Origin: a virus
Taxonomy: Duplodnaviria > Caudoviricetes
Length of the DNA stretch: 41,276 nt
IMG/VR virus record: IMGVR_UViG_3300036793_000278
Coordinates: 1 to 41,276 of that record
Reading direction: 5' to 3' (one strand)
Shown: positions 38,545 to 41,276 of the stretch, piece by piece
Layout of the letters: every line of letters begins with the position of its first letter
Numbering within the stretch: position 1 is the first letter of the stretch
Notes under the pieces: generated by a model
What the model was told of the DNA's origin: nothing
The model's input: only the letters and a program-made list of their open reading frames with translations
Database searches by the model: none
Translations under genes and position numbers: made by a program

Positions 38545-39714
38545 TCACGACTTCCCATCAATCCAGTCAGCCCACCACTGCATCATCTCTGTGCGAGTTT
38601 CAAGATATGCGGCATGGTTGTAGACGGCGCGAGTTCCGCCTCCAGATATGTGAGCTAATTGGGCCTCTATTGCGTCCTTGTTCCAGTGCTTCTCGTTTAG
38701 CACCGTGCTGAACTGGTGACGGAATCCGTGACCAGAAGTCTGTCCTTCGTAACCAACGCGGCGAATGACACCAAGGATGGTGTTCTCGCTGATAGATTTA
38801 TTGGTATTTGTCCTGCCAACAAAACACAACTTATATGAACCGGTTATCTTCTTTAGCAGCAGAAGAATATCAACGACCTGATCGGACATAGGGACTATAT
38901 GAATTCTGCGCGACTTCATTACCTCAGGATCTATTGTGATAATCCGGTTTTCAAAGTCGACATTTTCCCATGCCATTGACCTGAGTTCCTTGGTTCTCAA
39001 TGCTGTATAGTGAAGTGTCTGGGCCGCAAACTTAGAGATCACGCTCCCTCCATAGCCATCAAGTGCCCTATGGAACTCGTGTATCCTTGTGATAGGCAGG
39101 AAAGGGAAGTTCTTTTTCCTGTACCCCTTCATTGCGTCGGCCAAATCTGGTGCTGGGTTGTATTTTGCCCTGCCGGTGACAATTGCGTACCTGAACACCT
39201 CTCCACATCTTCTTCTGGCCTTGCCTGCCCTTTCCATTGCGCCTCGGTCTTCATAAAGTCTAATGACCTTTAAAAGGACCATTGGCTCTATCTCTTGCAT
39301 CCTCATCGCCCCAATAATTGGCAATATGTCGTCATCGAACATATTCCTAATTTCTTGTGCGTACTTCTTGGACCACACCTTTGACTTGTGCGTGTGCCAC
39401 TCATTGAATATTTCACCAAATGAATCAGCATTAGACTCTTTTTCTTTTCTCTTTGCTGACTGCTTTTTCTCTGCAGGGTCTACGCCGCCGAGGAGCTGCA
39501 GCTTTGCATCTGATTGCTTTGCCCTGGCCTCGGTCAGCGAGATTGAGGGGTAGGGACCTATCACAAGGGTTTTTTCCTTCCCTTCAAACCTGTACCGCAT
39601 CCTCCATACTTTTTTCCCTGATGGAGGGATGAACAGGAACAAACCGCCAGAGTCGGCCAGTCGGTAAGATTTATCAGATGGCTTTGCGGCCTCTATCTGC
39701 TTTACGGTTAGCAT
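38545..39714 (-). CDS. int: Prophage tyrosine integrase (P4/IntS-like)
   Basis: Arm-binding N-terminus; R..HGFR..H..Y catalytic residues all present. Confidence 0.95.
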   Translation of the reverse strand: MLTVKQIEAAKPSDKSYRLADSGGLFLFIPPSGKKVWRMRYRFEGKEKTLVIGPYPSISLTEARAKQSDAKLQLLGGVDPAEKKQSAKRKEKESNADSFGEIFNEWHTHKSKVWSKKYAQEIRNMFDDDILPIIGAMRMQEIEPMVLLKVIRLYEDRGAMERAGKARRRCGEVFRYAIVTGRAKYNPAPDLADAMKGYRKKNFPFLPITRIHEFHRALDGYGGSVISKFAAQTLHYTALRTKELRSMAWENVDFENRIITIDPEVMKSRRIHIVPMSDQVVDILLLLKKITGSYKLCFVGRTNTNKSISENTILGVIRRVGYEGQTSGHGFRHQFSTVLNEKHWNKDAIEAQLAHISGGGTRAVYNHAAYLETRTEMMQWWADWIDGKS

Positions 39715-39764
39715 GTGGGCATAAACCTGCGGTTATTTTAACTATGCCCGCAATATGCCCGCAA
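39714..39764. repeat. Probable Int arm-type sites (TATGCCCGCAA x2 plus an inverted variant)
   Basis: Tandem 11-mers at 39743 and 39754; TGTGGGCATA at 39714-39723. Confidence 0.65.
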
Positions 39765-39876
39765 AAGTTCGGTGTAGTCAATGCGTGTCGGGTAATGCTG
39801 GGTAACGTAAAATTGATTTTGTTAGCTTGATATCAGTGGTTTTGGTAATGGGGGGAAATGGTTGGTAACCTGAATA

Positions 39877-39951
39877 TGGCGTTCCCTGCAGGAATCGAAC
39901 CTGCAACTAGCCCTTAGGAGGGGCTCGTTATATCCATTTAACTAAGGGAAC
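39877..39951 (-). tRNA. argW: tRNA-Arg(CCT), argW-like; prophage att site
   Basis: 75-nt cloverleaf GTTCCCTTAG..CCT..GGTTCGATTCC..GGGAACGCCA. Confidence 0.95.
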
Positions 39952-40146
39952 ATTGAATTTGCTGATTTTTAAGTGTTCATCTTGTGTTGCATGTTATCCT
40001 ATCAGCCCACTCACCATCAAGCATTTCATCTCTTTTATTTCCTGTTCGTTATTATCTATCCGCTTAGAAAATCACTTCGTTCACTTGCCATTGCGTACAT
40101 ATTGAGTACAGAATGCTGAAACTCAGTGTGTACAGGATATAGAGCC

Positions 40147-41154
40147 GTGGCCCTCAGTGATACCAAACTGCGCAGCATCAACGCTAAACCTTACAGCGGC
40201 GTGCCCGAAGTCACAGATGGTGACGGGCTCAGTGTACGCATTACCCCAACCGGAACGATTACATTCCAGTTTCGCTATCGCTGGAACGGTAAGCCAGTAC
40301 GCCTTTCTGTTGGGCGGTACCCAGCAACGTCTCTTAAAGATGCTCGCGTTGTGGTCGGCGAGATGCGCGAATTGTACCTCAAGGGGCTAAACCCTAAAAA
40401 TTATTTTGCAAAGGAAGATGGCGAATTAACTCTTAAAGAGTGTCTGGATCAATGGTGGAGTAAATATGTTGAAACGCTCAAACCCAATACACAGACGCTT
40501 TACAAGTCGGTTGTGTACAACACCATGTACACAGAATTCCCGGACGCGCCAGTAGTCAATATTCCAGTATCTGCGTGGGTGAGGTTCTTCGATAAGCAGG
40601 AAAAGAAAAACGGCAAAAAGGCCAGGGTGCTCTTGCTTCAACTACGTTCTGTGATGAACTGGTGCATCAGTAGGCAGTTGATCCCATCATGTGAGGTTTT
40701 GAAGCTTAGTGTTAAGACCATTGGCAAGAAGCCTGATGTTGGAAGCCGGGTTCTCACCTATACCGAACTGGCTAAAATATGGCTAGCGCTGGAGAACAAC
40801 AAGATCGCCAGTTCTAACAAAGTTCTTCATCAATTATTGTTGCTATGGGGTGCCAGATTATCAGAGCTGCGCCTTGCTACTGCCAGTGAGTTCAATATGG
40901 ATGATCTGATCTGGACTACCCCAGCAGAGCATTCAAAGATGGGCAATATTATTCGTCGGCCTGTGTTCGACCAGGTGAAGCCATATATTGAAAGGCTACT
41001 CAATTCTGGGAATGACATTCTCTTTCCAGGTCAGGAACTGGACAAAGCAATTGACCGTTCGTCAGCAAATCTCTATATGAAAAAGTTAAGGGATAAAATT
41101 GATATTCTGGAGTGGCGAACGCATGACTTTCGGCGATCGTTGGTGACGAATTGA
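40147..41154 (+). pseudogene. Second tyrosine integrase, truncated after HDFRR
   Basis: Arm-binding domain and HxxR present; C-terminal His and catalytic Tyr missing; stop created at IS junction. Confidence 0.85.
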
Positions 41155-41276
41155 GTTATTGTCAAATCTGGTGTACGGAGCAATCAGGCAACGATCTGAT
41201 CTGATGTTTCGTGGACCTGTACCCCGTCCTTAAACGGGACGTTATTCACTACCAGCGTTAGCAGATTAAATCCCGG
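41153..41276 (-). mobile_element. End of an IS256-family element (partial)
   Basis: Terminal GAGTTATTGTCAAATCTGGTGTA; minus-strand ORF end PGFNLLTLVVNNVPFKDGVQVHETSDQIVA (41276-41184) resembling IS256 transposase C-termini. Confidence 0.7.

Noticed and set aside
38469-38711. Plus-strand ORF overlapping the integrase end
   Set aside because: No motif; mostly antisense to int

Overview
The window holds an almost complete, about 39.9-kb P22-like (Sf6/HK620-type, Lederbergvirus-like) temperate prophage of an enterobacterial host, integrated at a tRNA-Arg(CCT) gene (39877-39951, minus strand). Gene order: AlpA-type excisionase; left early operon (Ea-like genes, DUF550, Lar, Abc2, SSB, Erf, Arf, Kil, CIII, SieB, N); immunity region (CI, Cro, CII); replication initiator and DnaB helicase; nin region with Dam, NinG and Q; lysis cassette; P22-type head and tail genes; tailspike; O-acyltransferase; integrase. 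The left att site probably lies just outside the window. Beyond the tRNA is a second integrase, truncated by an IS256-family element. Most notable: (1) a 340-aa Ala-starting class-3 (WCT) intein with a LAGLIDADG endonuclease in the DnaB P-loop; (2) a C4-like structured RNA behind the late promoter whose 5' arm has a bipartite 12+7-nt perfect complement just upstream of the holin gene, in a phage with no antirepressor, suggesting RNA control of the lysis cassette; (3) a Gp49/66-family (possibly Acb4-like) gene inside that module; (4) a collagen-fibre gene pair at the head-decoration locus; (5) an N protein and nut sites of apparently unusual specificity. All family assignments are from reading and recognising sequences, not from database searches.
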